Part shown: positions 32,601 to 43,360 of the stretch, piece by piece
How positions within the stretch are numbered: position 1 is the stretch's first letter
Layout: each line of letters opens with the position of its first letter
NCBI GenBank assembly: GCA_004764695.1
Contig: SMSO01000014.1
Span: 6,748,029 to 6,812,028, forward strand
From: Schizochytrium sp. TIO01
Taxonomy: Eukaryota > Protista > Bigyra: Labyrinthulomycetes
Reading direction: 5' to 3'
Length of the DNA: 64,000 nt
Translations under genes and position numbers: made by a program
Notes under the pieces: model-generated
What the model saw: only the letters and a program-made list of their open reading frames with translations
The model's database searches: none
What the model was told of the DNA's origin: nothing

Positions 32601-35600
32601 AGATTTGGCAGGGACAATCGAAGAAACTCCATCTGTGGGTAGCTTGCCGGTGCGAATGAACTCAAGCTCTAGATCAAGCTCCTGGGGAGTTCGAATAGTA
32701 ACTTCACTAACATTAGGTTCCCAGCGAGTCCGTCCCATATTACTTTGCAAATCAGGTGGAGCCCAAAGAACGCGGGATGGTTTCTTCAAATGTTGACCTA
32801 GCTCGATCGCGGCGGCATGGTGCGTTTCGGCATCAAAGGGACTGTGAGCCGAATGCAAAGTGAGGTTCGCATGCCTTGGAGATGCACGCTTTGTTGAATT
32901 CTTGGAAGATCCAATCGCACCTGGAATATCATTTCTAAAGTCCCAAAGGGGGGATTCCACAGGGCTTTTCACAGTTCGAAATCGCCTTGTTCGAGGAGAT
33001 GTAGGGGAGGACTTTCCTGAGGATGTTGCCGGCGGTACAGGACCGCTGGGCTTGGATGGTACTCGTGTTTGGTTTGACTTGGGCGGATTTGCCAAATGCA
33101 TGGGCTTACTCTCTTCGACTCGGGCAATTGAGGAGATAGTAATACGTGGAATCACAACTTCAAGCTCAGGGCGCTTCAACTTTTCGAGATGAGCATGGCG
33201 ACTTGTGGTCGGATGAATGCCTTCCGCCTCACTGATTTCTTGGCGTAGTTCGAGAAGAAAAGAGCTGAGCGTACGTTTCATACCTTCGCTATCTCCATCG
33301 TCATCTTCTGCACTACTTTCATCATCGCCTACGTAGATGTCTTCCAACGAAGGGGCCTGGGCACGTGGCATTGATTGTCTACGTTTTTCGCTCCGAACCT
33401 GGGTACGCCGTTTCACTCGAACTTTGCCTGAAGATTCATCAAAAAGTGAGGTATACTCAGTGCCATCGCCTTGCTTAAGTTCATCAAGCCAATCAAGGAA
33501 CGCAGCCTTATCTCCGTGTTTGTCATGCCTAAAAGTTCGATCCTTCTGCTTTTTTTCTTGAGCTGCTCTTGCAGCTGCATCCTGAACAGAAAACTTTGGA
33601 ACTTTTTTATTGCGCCAGCCCAACATTTGCCGAGACCGTAATTCAGCTTTATAAATCAGAGTTTTATTTTCAGCATTTTCAGATAGCTGCCTTACGATTT
33701 GAGCAATTATTCGTCGATGGTGAATGTGTGGTGAAGTCCATGCCATTTCCAAGAGGCGGTAGAGTCCGTGACGACAAAGATAAACCTGACTCTTTGGGTC
33801 AAGTGAGACATGACGAAGACCACGCAAGGCATTGTGAACTGCAACTTCATTCTCCGCGTCTTCTGTGAGTTTGAGAAGCAGCATAATACCTCCATTATCG
33901 CGGACTAAGGCTTGGCCAACAGTTGTTGATCGAAGCTGGCCAAGTAATCTACCAGCGCAGCTCTGAACCTCTATGGATTGCGACCCGAGCATGTGCACGA
34001 TCAATGCACTCAAATAGGTAGGTCCCGCTAGACGCTCGAATTTGACTCCTACGCGCGATGAGGTTTCTGTCATAGCTGGAAGGCGATCAAAATAGCATAG
34101 CATCCGTGCCACCAGTGTTCGGTTTGCTGGAATTACGTTTTCGTTATAAGCTACATCAAGCAAGACTTGCACGAATGATTCGGTGCAGAGCAAGCGATCA
34201 GAGATGCGCAAGCTTGCAAGGATCCAAAGAATACTCAAGGCCTTGTGACCAATGGTGTCTACTAGGTGGCAGTGTTTTGTAGCGAAGAAAGCAAATGCTC
34301 CGTAACTACTATCCTGAGTTCCAACGCAAATTGCGCGGAGAATACGCAAAATCATTTCGAAAAGTTTTTCCCGAACTTGTTTGATGAGCCTACGGTCTTC
34401 CTTGATATAGTTCAAATTTGCAAAGAGTACGTCTGCTTTGGTATCGGACAAAGCAATTGCTTCAAAGAAGGGCCGGTTGACCAAGAGCTGCCAAATTGCA
34501 GCTAAGGTAGCATTCAGAGAGTTCAGGTGTTCTTTGACGCGAATGAAATTTTGCTCGCGATCTTCTTCAGAGCTTATGCTAATGTTGGGTAGATCTTTGG
34601 TACGTAAAACCTTTTGCGCTTCGCTTACCAGTCGATCAATTTCGGCCTTGTTGCGAGAAGCAGCTTTAAGTACTCGTCGGTAAATATCAATGATTTTCAT
34701 GCAGCTATCGCACACTTCCAGTAAGACTGTGAGAGAATTCTCTCGCAACAGGTTGACACGATGATCTTCCTGGCGAGCCAGACTCCACAGTGACACTGTG
34801 AGAAACATCGAGTTCGACCCAGTAGGACGCGGATCGGTAAGCATGGCGGCTAAAAGAGCTCGAAGGTCATCCAATTTCCATGCCGAAGGATCCATAGCAA
34901 ACATCATAGATGCTGCACAGGCAAGGTGGCGCACAAGAGCTTCTTGCTTCGCATGTTGGGCAGATGTTCCTCCAGCAGAAAATGATTTTCCACCAGAGCT
35001 AGCTTTGGAACGTTCACCTACCTCCGGAGACAGAGTACTGCCAGGCATTGTTTTTCGGACAATGCTTTCTGGCTTCAAACTGGGGAGCGCTACACTAGCT
35101 GGAACTTCTTTGTAAACACATGTCTCTAGCATTCCACAAAGTGCTGATAAGCCGTATGCCACGCAAGCATTATCGCATAAAGGTTCAGGCTGTAGTCGAA
35201 TCCGGAGTCTGGGATGAACGGCGTTGAGGTCTCCAGTACCTAACAGGCATTCAACCAAGATTTTGGCGGAAAATTCTCCAATTTCGGTTGCTCTTTCTCT
35301 TTTGGTCATCTCAGATATTGTTTCTTTCTCAGAACTAGTGTCAGAGTCTTGTTGCTGCTTTCTATTGGGGAAAAGAACATCATCGGTGAGACGCAGTAGT
35401 TTAGCACGCACTAATGGGTTGCTGGCATTTGCAAGAGCATTTAAAGCAGACATTGCACACACTTGTACTGCTGGGCGTGCTTCATCACCTGATCGACGAG
35501 TGACCAAGATTAGGCCAAACAAACTCGCCATAGTTTCCTCGCGCAAGAGTTCAGTGGGATCAAAGGACTTGTCCGCATATAATTCAGGTTTCCATGATGT

Positions 35601-37655
35601 CGACATTGTTGATACATTAAAGTCACCCATATCGACCACATTTTCAACCGCATCATTGACAGCCTCTGACATAGACTTCGCACTCTTTTGTGGTTTTGGC
35701 TTTGATCCTTGCGCGCCTTCAGCTTCACTAGGACTGTCAGACAAGCATTTACAAATCCCCCATAGCGCAGTGGCGGCATATAAAAGTGTAATATCATGCC
35801 CACGTCCACACGGCATATTCCATTCTTCCTGGTTAAATATTGTAGTTTCCTCGCTATCGAGGTCTGGCGCCACCGTGAGAATTTTGCGTGAAGATGATCG
35901 ATCCACGGTGTCACTAAGCACGAGTGAATATAGAGCATCGAATAGGACAACCGGGTCGGTGCAAGTCATGATTGTGCTTTCTTGATCGTTTTTGACCTCT
36001 TCGTAGTGCCCTGGAGTGTTGTCATCCTCGGCAAAGCCAAGAGAATCAATTGACCTTTGTTTCCTTGTATTGCTAGACATAGTGAGTGGCTCCCCGGTAA
36101 GACTGAAACGCTTATGTTTATTTGCAGCAGGTGGTGGATCTGAAAAGTCTGATGCAGAGAGCATGGCATGCAATGCCCAACGTAAGAGGCTGTGTATTGG
36201 GTGATTTGTGGATGATTGCTCAGTTAGAAGAAGCACGAGGCGACCTTGATCACTGTGGCGTGCAAGCTTATAAAGTAGTACAGCCATGGCAAGGCGTGCC
36301 CCAGACCCCATAACGAGATTGCTCGCTCGAGGTGGAGTGCCATATGTATCTGCATCAGCTGATTTTCGAGGCGGTGGACGGGGTGCTACACCAGAGATAT
36401 CTTGGAGTGGCGCCATCATGTACCTGACCACCTTAACGGGGTCACCGCCGAGAAGGGGATATTCCTCCAAGAACTGATACAGTGCACGTTCATCTCTTGC
36501 GATACACCTTAAAAGAATTGAGCTTGCATGCTCCCAAACTTTCTGTTCATAGGTATGAAGCATAATACTCGCCACGAATCCTGGGAGGTCGATACCGTAG
36601 TCTGCAGGTGCTTCGAGCAATAATCTGTGATTGCTCGGATGCTCCATCAGTGCTCGAAGTGCCCCCAGCGCAAACACGTGGCTTTCAGGTGCTCTTGTAG
36701 CATTGAACATATTGCGCTGTTGCAGGATAATAAAAATCTTTGCTGCGAGCTTTTCTGCTGCCATGGCCCTCCGCGGTGCCTCGTGTAGCGACAGCGCCCA
36801 GAGTGTCGCCGCAAGGTACTTTGCTAATTGCCCTTCAAAGCTACGTGCGAGTCCTTCTAAGATCCTCGTGAGAGTCTCGAGCATGTGTCCATCTGCAGTA
36901 GCAAGGATGTGCTTCACATTTTTTTCATACCTTGCTAATTCCCACAGTCCATGCATGGCACACTCCTCGTCATACGACAACAAGTGTTTCGCATTGATTC
37001 CGCTGGGTTTTCTTTCCGTACCTCCCATGTTGGACATCAGCGCCACCGCTGCTTCCATCTGTTCGGCTTCAGAGCCAACGCTCGAAAGAGACACTCGCCG
37101 TGCCCTTGAACCTGGTCCTCTTGTCAGTGGTGTCGTGCCCATGCTACCGTTCGCTCCTTCGTTTTGCGCTGGGTTCTGGCCCATACCTGACGCCACATTT
37201 GCGTTGTTTGCATTTGCATTGTTGCGCGGATTGTTGGGCGCGATGGCCTCTGCCTTTTGGTCGAGAAGGAGATGTATCTGTGCGAGGGCGAGGCTGCGCT
37301 GATTCTTCGTGCGCTCCTTGACAAACTTTGGCGCGAGCCAACCTCTGAGGACAGCTGCCAGTTCTGCGTCTGAGCGCACGAGACGAAATTCGCGAGCTGC
37401 CTCGTCAAATCTGGATGCGCCTTTTGTTGGCGGGCCAAAGTTTCGTGGCATACTCACGCCGACTTTGTACAGGTTGTCGAACATGAAGCCTCCCTGTTGC
37501 GCGATGCCGCCGAGCAGATGCACCACCGACTCATATAGTGCCACGCCGTCCTCGTCAGCGATCTCAAAGTCCTCCACCACAAGGCCTTTCGGCTGGTGCA
37601 CGACGGCCTCGGCTAGCACGCCATGAGCCACATCGCCGCCGTCTTCATCCGCCAT
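29682..37655 (-). CDS. ~2657-aa protein: N-terminal ARM/HEAT-like repeats, disordered middle, helical EF-hand-like region, C-terminal paired RyR-like repeats
   Basis: First ATG at 37655 (MADEDGG). ARM-like segments (AMHGLWELA, LAATLWALS, ALGALRAL, GGIMLLLKL...ALRGLRHVS). C-terminal ATLHDVW...FSDLP...DN and ASQHEHW...PFEEL...KNR. Confidence 0.85.
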   Translation of the reverse strand: MADEDGGDVAHGVLAEAVVHQPKGLVVEDFEIADEDGVALYESVVHLLGGIAQQGGFMFDNLYKVGVSMPRNFGPPTKGASRFDEAAREFRLVRSDAELAAVLRGWLAPKFVKERTKNQRSLALAQIHLLLDQKAEAIAPNNPRNNANANNANVASGMGQNPAQNEGANGSMGTTPLTRGPGSRARRVSLSSVGSEAEQMEAAVALMSNMGGTERKPSGINAKHLLSYDEECAMHGLWELARYEKNVKHILATADGHMLETLTRILEGLARSFEGQLAKYLAATLWALSLHEAPRRAMAAEKLAAKIFIILQQRNMFNATRAPESHVFALGALRALMEHPSNHRLLLEAPADYGIDLPGFVASIMLHTYEQKVWEHASSILLRCIARDERALYQFLEEYPLLGGDPVKVVRYMMAPLQDISGVAPRPPPRKSADADTYGTPPRASNLVMGSGARLAMAVLLYKLARHSDQGRLVLLLTEQSSTNHPIHSLLRWALHAMLSASDFSDPPPAANKHKRFSLTGEPLTMSSNTRKQRSIDSLGFAEDDNTPGHYEEVKNDQESTIMTCTDPVVLFDALYSLVLSDTVDRSSSRKILTVAPDLDSEETTIFNQEEWNMPCGRGHDITLLYAATALWGICKCLSDSPSEAEGAQGSKPKPQKSAKSMSEAVNDAVENVVDMGDFNVSTMSTSWKPELYADKSFDPTELLREETMASLFGLILVTRRSGDEARPAVQVCAMSALNALANASNPLVRAKLLRLTDDVLFPNRKQQQDSDTSSEKETISEMTKRERATEIGEFSAKILVECLLGTGDLNAVHPRLRIRLQPEPLCDNACVAYGLSALCGMLETCVYKEVPASVALPSLKPESIVRKTMPGSTLSPEVGERSKASSGGKSFSAGGTSAQHAKQEALVRHLACAASMMFAMDPSAWKLDDLRALLAAMLTDPRPTGSNSMFLTVSLWSLARQEDHRVNLLRENSLTVLLEVCDSCMKIIDIYRRVLKAASRNKAEIDRLVSEAQKVLRTKDLPNISISSEEDREQNFIRVKEHLNSLNATLAAIWQLLVNRPFFEAIALSDTKADVLFANLNYIKEDRRLIKQVREKLFEMILRILRAICVGTQDSSYGAFAFFATKHCHLVDTIGHKALSILWILASLRISDRLLCTESFVQVLLDVAYNENVIPANRTLVARMLCYFDRLPAMTETSSRVGVKFERLAGPTYLSALIVHMLGSQSIEVQSCAGRLLGQLRSTTVGQALVRDNGGIMLLLKLTEDAENEVAVHNALRGLRHVSLDPKSQVYLCRHGLYRLLEMAWTSPHIHHRRIIAQIVRQLSENAENKTLIYKAELRSRQMLGWRNKKVPKFSVQDAAARAAQEKKQKDRTFRHDKHGDKAAFLDWLDELKQGDGTEYTSLFDESSGKVRVKRRTQVRSEKRRQSMPRAQAPSLEDIYVGDDESSAEDDDGDSEGMKRTLSSFLLELRQEISEAEGIHPTTSRHAHLEKLKRPELEVVIPRITISSIARVEESKPMHLANPPKSNQTRVPSKPSGPVPPATSSGKSSPTSPRTRRFRTVKSPVESPLWDFRNDIPGAIGSSKNSTKRASPRHANLTLHSAHSPFDAETHHAAAIELGQHLKKPSRVLWAPPDLQSNMGRTRWEPNVSEVTIRTPQELDLELEFIRTGKLPTDGVSSIVPAKSSPKKTLKLDVDGQPNVQGEASASSHDAPALQAAVSQAKYSNADLHTGAYDIVADPTLYQPRRVNEIRVKMNSSRPYSQFVFNRGGDPYSNLRAIDADLGEETGSETSLSSDDYNSDSSSGEAPSEEIQARTAEKLAKKKRRALKRQHRRDLKRRIENMTSPKRVSLSKFPHKEGARVYNDLPRFCLPDGEEIFLYLSGGPLFGKDNPEDVDTPELPPSSTSDLGFENGRLPKIPRLLSNEKCLAGTLSHAPLPIAYVTCPPTDFYSLASYDNKQPLTKVTWTRDGRVLDEQLPMLTRHCHDGHIVESSDDENSQDGNDGEPWNIDNSIFAQRVQTWGSFYNAQDIRAAAFEKDWQLCEQKRTFRKLVSRYEDVITDLKRLLVANYDMVCDSFRYFSATMEIGSIFTLQMLEFTELCEHADIKETAADSLIQEGHCNTIFIQVTKNAVEDWTPAQHSFESECTVLSLKRGSSMMRYQYLEALVRVAEAKYVKSGKSPDACAGVEALFNGMRAAGPMEPVLGAPDRFRADILYREDVDIVLREHLSKFKSVFSQYAGVSENSNRAGGCRGKRLAFVEWQEFLVDAGMFNPLFTLRECNTIFRNSTLDLIDEIQHWRELVALGFLDFLEALGRLACHMVIPNQDQLEEVGADSIVEYYKIMESTGLWMVVHEGYHADLEAKPLSTRLTQLVMILNNMQERTNRLALESKLWKASQDVDRREHVEAMRKVKKRVVGSITQMGGSNNSLQGGASRPARPNTVSTESLHKNVRSPLSPKSLQSSTRPQSPASQEESTAGAEEDVEETSLSQALRAVEEGIPMDRFEAHVAATLHDVWRENRGRQEDGTYNPRVKVIKDVEYDIANLAFSDLPGHFQMDNLLAAHDACESIRQGYVRWERANLDISELYVMLESEDFLKDAAASQHEHWLKRNAKKSWVEDAQRLPFEELNVADQQKNRDIVETAVKVWIAHHRHGSSR

Positions 37656-38049
37656 CGTCCGGCTGACTCTTGGCAGGCTCTCTGCCTGCCTGCCTGCCTG
37701 CCTCTTCGGGCGTGGCCGCGCCGCTCGCGCAGGCCTTCGCGACTCCTCCCGGTGGCGCTTCGAGCGACCAGAAGTCCGCAAGTGCTTTGTTTAAGGTTCT
37801 TCGACGTCAGAAGTTCAAAATTCGAGGACTTCAGATTTCGAAACTCTCAAATTCAAAATTCAAAATTCAAATTTCAAAGTTCAAAATTCAAACTCAGAAT
37901 TCAAAAATTTTCTGCATTCAACTTCAAATTGGAATCCGTCTTCACTTCCAGCTTGCTCGAGACCTCCCTGGGAATGCCTCGGGATCAGTATTTCGCATGG
38001 CTCCCAGGCTCGCACGTTGAGCCTGGCCTTGAGTGAGCTGCGACGCGCC

Positions 38050-38885
38050 TCTATCAGCGAGACATAGTTTCGGGATCCTGAGTTCCTACCTTTTCACAGA
38101 ATCAGTCATATCAATACTTATCCGTTGTAGGGAACTCGTCTACTCTACTCGTTAGGCCTAGTTACCCAGTATATACATACCCAGCTATTGATAAAGGCGC
38201 GGAGACCGCCCTCGAGCGAGCGCTTAGCGCTCTCTCCTTGGGCAGTGTGGAGGTGTGTGCGGGGACCTCTCGAGGTCCCCGTAAACACTGCCACCTACTC
38301 CACTGGCAGGCCAATATCCTCTCGGTGTTACTAATAACCCTCTCACACTATCCTCCTCAATCTCCACTGCTTCATAGGTTATCACTAATACCCTAGCACT
38401 GCGTATCTTCCTTTTCCAGCGTTTAAGACAGTTCTTTGCTTCATCCCCCACTCGGCAAAACCATTCTTCCAAACCCGGCAAAGCCTGCTTCCCACTGCCT
38501 CTCAGGCCCCAGTGTCGGCATAACTCAAAAACCTGCGGCTGAGCCGCTGCACTGTGGACGTCCTATTGCCCCTTATCCAACTCCTATACCGCCATGTTGT
38601 TCTTTGTGACTGCACTGCGCTGAGGTTCCTGCTTGCTCTGCCTCCATATCAATCAATCGCGATAGCGCTGAGTTCCTGCTCCTCCTCTCCGGCCATGGAT
38701 ATTCTGCGCTCATTTGCTTCATCTCGCCACAGCTCCTATCGCAGCAGGCAGTTAGTTGGATACTCCTGCTCATCCCCGGAATTGCAATGCCTCCTGTCTG
38801 TTATCTATTCCACAATCGCTGCTGTGCTGCGCCTTCTAGCCCTCGATAGCTGACTCCTACCGCTGCCTGCCTCTAGCGAGATCTT
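38050..38885 (-). mobile_element. Probable decayed 3' fragment of a non-LTR (LINE-like) retrotransposon
   Basis: Minus-strand translation ITDRRHCNSGDEQEYPTNCLLR*ELWRDE resembles an eroded CCHC zinc knuckle of LINE ORF2 C-termini. Several stops, followed by a hairpin-rich tail. No reverse transcriptase motif seen. Confidence 0.35.
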
Positions 38886-38939
38886 CCTGTGAGCTCTAGT
38901 GCCGCGGGTCGATTAGCGTTTCCGGTATGGGGGTCTTAG

Positions 38940-39350
38940 CCGTGGTTTGTTTTCTTTGCTTGTTTCGATCTGTGTTGGTTTGTTTGTTGTTTGTTTGTTT
39001 GTTTGTTTGTTGATTGTTGTTTGTTTCGATCTGTTGATTGTTGATGTGTTTGTTTCGATCTGTTGTTTGTCGCCGTAAGAATGAGTGAGTGCATGAGTTA
39101 TGCATCTCTACGCATGTATGAATGAATGTCTTATGAATGAATGAATGCGTATCGTATGATGTGTGTCTGTACGTAGTACGTATGTAGTATGTATGCATGT
39201 ATGTATGTATTGTATGTAGTATGTATTGTATGTAGTATGTATTGTATGTAGTATGTTGTTTGTAGTAGTAAGTCTGTAGTAGTATGTCTGTAGTAGGATA
39301 GATAGAGAGAAAGAGTGAGTGAGTGAATGAGTGACTGAGAGATAGTAGAT
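38940..39350. repeat. Mosaic of simple repeats (TTTG, TGAA, TATG, GTA, GAGT) upstream of OSCP
   Basis: Seen directly. Confidence 0.9.
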
Positions 39351-39501
39351 AATAGGAGAGGAAGGGCAGAAAGAAAGGCAGAGGAGCACTAGGCAAAAGG
39401 GTACGTGGGCAGTAGCAGTCGAGAAGGCCACCGCGACACAGACCTTCTTCCGCGCTCGTCCTTGCAGTTCGCTGATTCGCAGACTTAAGTCTTTCGGCAC
39501 G

Positions 39502-40149
39502 ATGCTCTCCAACGTCGCCTCCCGCGTCGCCCGCCGTGGCGCCTCCCTCCGCGTGGCCGGTGCCCGTGGCTTCGCCGCGGATGCCAAGAAGGAGCCCGTC
39601 GATCTGCCCGTGCAGCTCTTCGGCCTCAACGCGCGCTACGCCAACGCGCTCTACGTCGCTTCCCAGCGCGCTAAGACCATCTCCTCTGTGGAGCAGGACA
39701 TCGTTAAGCTCGCTGACTGGGCCAAGACCAACGAGACCTTCAAGGCCTACCTCGCCAACCCGGTCATCTCCCGCCAGGACAAGGCCAAGGACATGGCCAA
39801 GATCAGTGAGGGCATGAGCGAGACCACCCGCGGCTTCCTCAACGTGCTCGCCGAGAACGGCCGCCTCAACGAGCTCTCCAAGGTGCTCGACACCTTCCAG
39901 ATCCTCCTCAACGCCCAGCGTGGTGTCGTCGAGGCCACCGTTACCGCCGCCGATGAGCTCTCCGCCAAGCAGGTTAAGAGCATCAAGAACGCCATTACCT
40001 CCGGCTACCTCGAGAAGGGCCAGTCCCTCAACCTCCAGGTTAAGGTCGACGACAAGATCCTCGGTGGCCTCCAGGTGCAGATCGGCGACCGCTTCCTCGA
40101 CCTCTCCGTGGCTTCCCAGGTCAACGGCATTGCCAAGACCCTCGCCTAA
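39502..40149 (+). CDS. ATP5PO: Mitochondrial ATP synthase subunit O (OSCP, delta family)
   Basis: Presequence MLSNVASRVARRG...RGFA; PVQLFGLNARYANALY, NPVISR, FLNVLAENGRL, VDDKILGGLQVQIGDRFLDLSV. Extreme codon bias. Confidence 0.96.
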   Translation: MLSNVASRVARRGASLRVAGARGFAADAKKEPVDLPVQLFGLNARYANALYVASQRAKTISSVEQDIVKLADWAKTNETFKAYLANPVISRQDKAKDMAKISEGMSETTRGFLNVLAENGRLNELSKVLDTFQILLNAQRGVVEATVTAADELSAKQVKSIKNAITSGYLEKGQSLNLQVKVDDKILGGLQVQIGDRFLDLSVASQVNGIAKTLA

Positions 40150-41748
40150 GTTCTCGATGACGATCACGCCCTCTTTCTGCTGTCTGCTAACCTCATGATG
40201 CAACCAACCCTCTAATAACCACATCCAACCCTATCTTCATCGACATCTTTCACTCCCGCACGGCCGTTTTTTTCGAATCGAGAGCTTTTACTCTTCGAGG
40301 GCACTCTGCCGAGGACCTCAGATTGAGACCAAAGACGAATTCTTAGTTCGTTGGCCGGTCGCTCGCATGCGGCAGTCCGAGGGCCACGCTAACTGCAAAA
40401 TACCATCTTGGAATTCACACACATACTCATCGATTTCTACCCAGACGGCAACTTGTATCTTCTTGCATCAACTTCTTGACTCTTTGCTTGCTTCCTGCCG
40501 TTACAACCTGGCACTCTATTCACGAATTGTAGCCCAATGCTTGAATGGCGGATGACTCACAAAGTCTGCTGCTTAATGACATTAACCAAATGCAAGAATA
40601 CTGTCGGCGTCCTACTCACTTGTCCAATTCGTATTCATTGCAAAGATATAATACCTAGAATATGAATCGATCAAGATGAAACAGACACATTTCAAGAAGT
40701 CAAGAATATCCTCTTAGAAGTTTTTATTTAGAATCTTTCAGAGGCAGTACATGCCTATGCAACATGAAAACCAATTGAATGGCCCATCCGCATACATAAT
40801 ATTAGATCTTCATCAACTTTGGCCCTTTGCCTTCGGTTTCCAGATTTCACCTGACTTTTTCAATGAAAGTTTTCATAGATACACCGCATCACCCATCATT
40901 AGCTTACATCATTATTATTCCCTTGCTAACTGGGTAGGTAGTATGTCATGTTATTATACACTTGGAGCATAAAAATCATGTTTTTCGACAAACCTCGCAT
41001 ACGTTCATCACCATTTTCTAGACTTTGTGCATAGCTCAGCGGTCCGTGATGATCCATGTTTAGAAATGCAATCAACCTCCACAGAAAGATCATCAAACCA
41101 GAGCTAAGATCATCAAAATTCTCACAAACCATATGAATATACTACCTACCTACTACAGCAACTCACCCACAGCACCCTGCGCCTCGCCCAGGCTGCTCTG
41201 GGCCACGCGCTTTTCGGAGGGAGGCTTCATTTCATGTTATCATCATGCTCGAGACCCAGCAATGGCAGGGACCGTACGCAGCAGTATTATTACCAGACCC
41301 AGAGATTTCTCTTATTGGCCTCATATTATGAGTAGAAGCTACGATCTCGAGTGTGTGCATTCTCATGCTATTTCCTAATAAGGAGCCACAAAATAGCGGA
41401 CTGGGACAATATGGAGGGTAGCTTGGCAAAGGGGAATTGGGCGCACACTAATTCTCATTACAAGCATGCCCAAACTACCTTGTTCAAGTTCAACTTGCCG
41501 CGACACGCGCTGCGAGAAGTAATCGTTGCCCCCCCCATACCAGAGCTCGGGGCTCGCGGAAACCTTGGCAAAGGCGCTCTCTAGCGGCGAGGCAGTTTGA
41601 CCTCAGTGCTGCCTGAAGCAGTCGTACTTCCGGGCAGAACCTGCTCGTTCATTCGTCGCGGTGCAAAGTGCTTGTGTGAAAGGCGAACCACGCACGTGAA
41701 CCGTAGTAGGTAGGTAGTAGGTAAAAAAGTACTCAACAAACTTCTTAA

Positions 41749-42885
41749 AGAACAAGAGCATTGACAACGCAGCCTGTACAGCAAAACAGTTTCAGAATAG
41801 ACGCAGCGTCACAAGATGTGGAGCCCCTCCACGCAAGCGGCTTCTCCGGCGGTGCCAACAGTGCCATCGTTTGCACAGAAGTCAAAGCCCCCCCGCCGCT
41901 TGCACCCAAACCGCCAAAAAGTTTCTATGCGGACCGTGCAGCACTGAGAAAGTCTGTGCGCAAGTCTTCACGTAGAAGCCAGAAACACGGCAACCAGCAG
42001 CCTCAAAATAATGTCAATGAAGACATTTCGGAGGATGATCTGCCCCCTCCGCCACCTCCACCTCTTCCTGGCGATGATGACGAGGAAGAGTTTGCATCTC
42101 TGCCGCCCAAATCTAGGGTCGATAATTCCCGCATTTCCGCCACGCAAGCCTTGGATCCTCTCGATGCTCCGCCTCCATCTAGTGCGCGTCCCAACAATCT
42201 ACTCCTGCACGCCCTGAACTGGCAACGCCAAGCTGACGAAGAGGACTTGAAGAGGCCACCTCCTAAAGCTGTGCATGTGCATGAGATGACTTTACACTGT
42301 GAAAGCGACGAGCAGAAGGATTCAAGTCTTGGTCGCAAAAAGGGAAGGCTGCCGATGCCTTCGTTCATGCGCTGGGCATTTAGTGAAGATCCCGTCTATG
42401 GAGGTCCTGCAAGTCCCACAAGCGAGCAGTCGGATAAAGCAGAGAGCAAACACTCCGACAAAGCTTCTAGTGAATATCGGGATAAAGTCGAAAGCTTAGA
42501 TGACGAGGACAGCGAGGATATGCGCGAACCCGAAACTAGAACTACTCAGGAAGAACGTCCTCGATCTGCGAGGATGCACAGCTTCTTCCTCATGAAAGCT
42601 CGAGGTCAGGTCCCTACACCCTCTGTGCGCCGCTCCAGTCCAGTCCCAGAGGATGGCGACGACGAAGATTACAATGATGAAGAGCCAATGAAGCACCCTA
42701 CGCAAAAACTTCAAGCTGACGTGCCCAATTTTCTCCTTCCGAGCTGGCTAGAGGTAGTTCCAGAGCAACTTCCAGCTTTGGACGACCAAAGTATCACCCA
42801 AAAAGAAAAATCAGAACAAGATAATCACTCTACCGACGAGCGCGATGAAGAGAAGTGGTCCAAAGGTTGTTGCTGCTGCTCATAA
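41749..42885 (+). CDS. Pro/Ser/acidic-rich disordered protein ending in KGCCCS; 5' end unresolved (probably an upstream exon)
   Basis: Frame is open from the TAA at 41746 to the TAA at 42885, with no ATG for the first ~175 codons. Polyproline tracts and a CaaX-like terminus. Confidence 0.65.
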   Translation, partial: RTRALTTQPVQQNSFRIDAASQDVEPLHASGFSGGANSAIVCTEVKAPPPLAPKPPKSFYADRAALRKSVRKSSRRSQKHGNQQPQNNVNEDISEDDLPPPPPPPLPGDDDEEEFASLPPKSRVDNSRISATQALDPLDAPPPSSARPNNLLLHALNWQRQADEEDLKRPPPKAVHVHEMTLHCESDEQKDSSLGRKKGRLPMPSFMRWAFSEDPVYGGPASPTSEQSDKAESKHSDKASSEYRDKVESLDDEDSEDMREPETRTTQEERPRSARMHSFFLMKARGQVPTPSVRRSSPVPEDGDDEDYNDEEPMKHPTQKLQADVPNFLLPSWLEVVPEQLPALDDQSITQKEKSEQDNHSTDERDEEKWSKGCCCCS

Positions 42886-43360
42886 AATAAGAGAGGACAA
42901 TCCGTGTGGAATCTATACCATCCATACATCTGTGTTTTACAATATCTGTGTCCAGGCGCTATTTGACTAATAATTTTACTCTAGCTTCTGTGCTTATGCA
43001 TGCCTTTGCACTGCATGTGCTCGAAAGTGTTTTATATCTTGATTCCAAAACCTCAATTTACCTGAGTTTGAATGTATTCGAACAAAATCACATTCGGGAG
43101 AGTCACTCGATCTTAGACGTAATAAAACTAATACACTGAAAATTGCCCAGTTGACCTCTTCACTTCAGAAAGCTCTCGTCTGCAAGAGAAAACGAGCTAA
43201 ACGGAAAATCAGGTTAGGGACTTTCAGGTATTCGCAGAAGAATAGATATAAATCAGAAAGAATACATAATTAAGAGAGATTACTAAACAATCCCTACACA
43301 AATGCTGTTCTCCAATAGCGAAATATTGAAAAAAGAAATGAAGCAAGGGAAGTGGAACAG

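Noticed and set aside
38080-38140. Hammerhead ribozyme on the minus strand (CTGA...GAAA inside a stem)
   Set aside because: The core reads CTGATTC, not CTGANGA, and no stem II can form.
38896-40224. 442-aa minus-strand ORF, and similar antisense ORFs at 27990-28802 and 61799-62659
   Set aside because: Shadow ORFs opposite strongly codon-biased genes (OSCP, PPase, GDH), extended by simple repeats.
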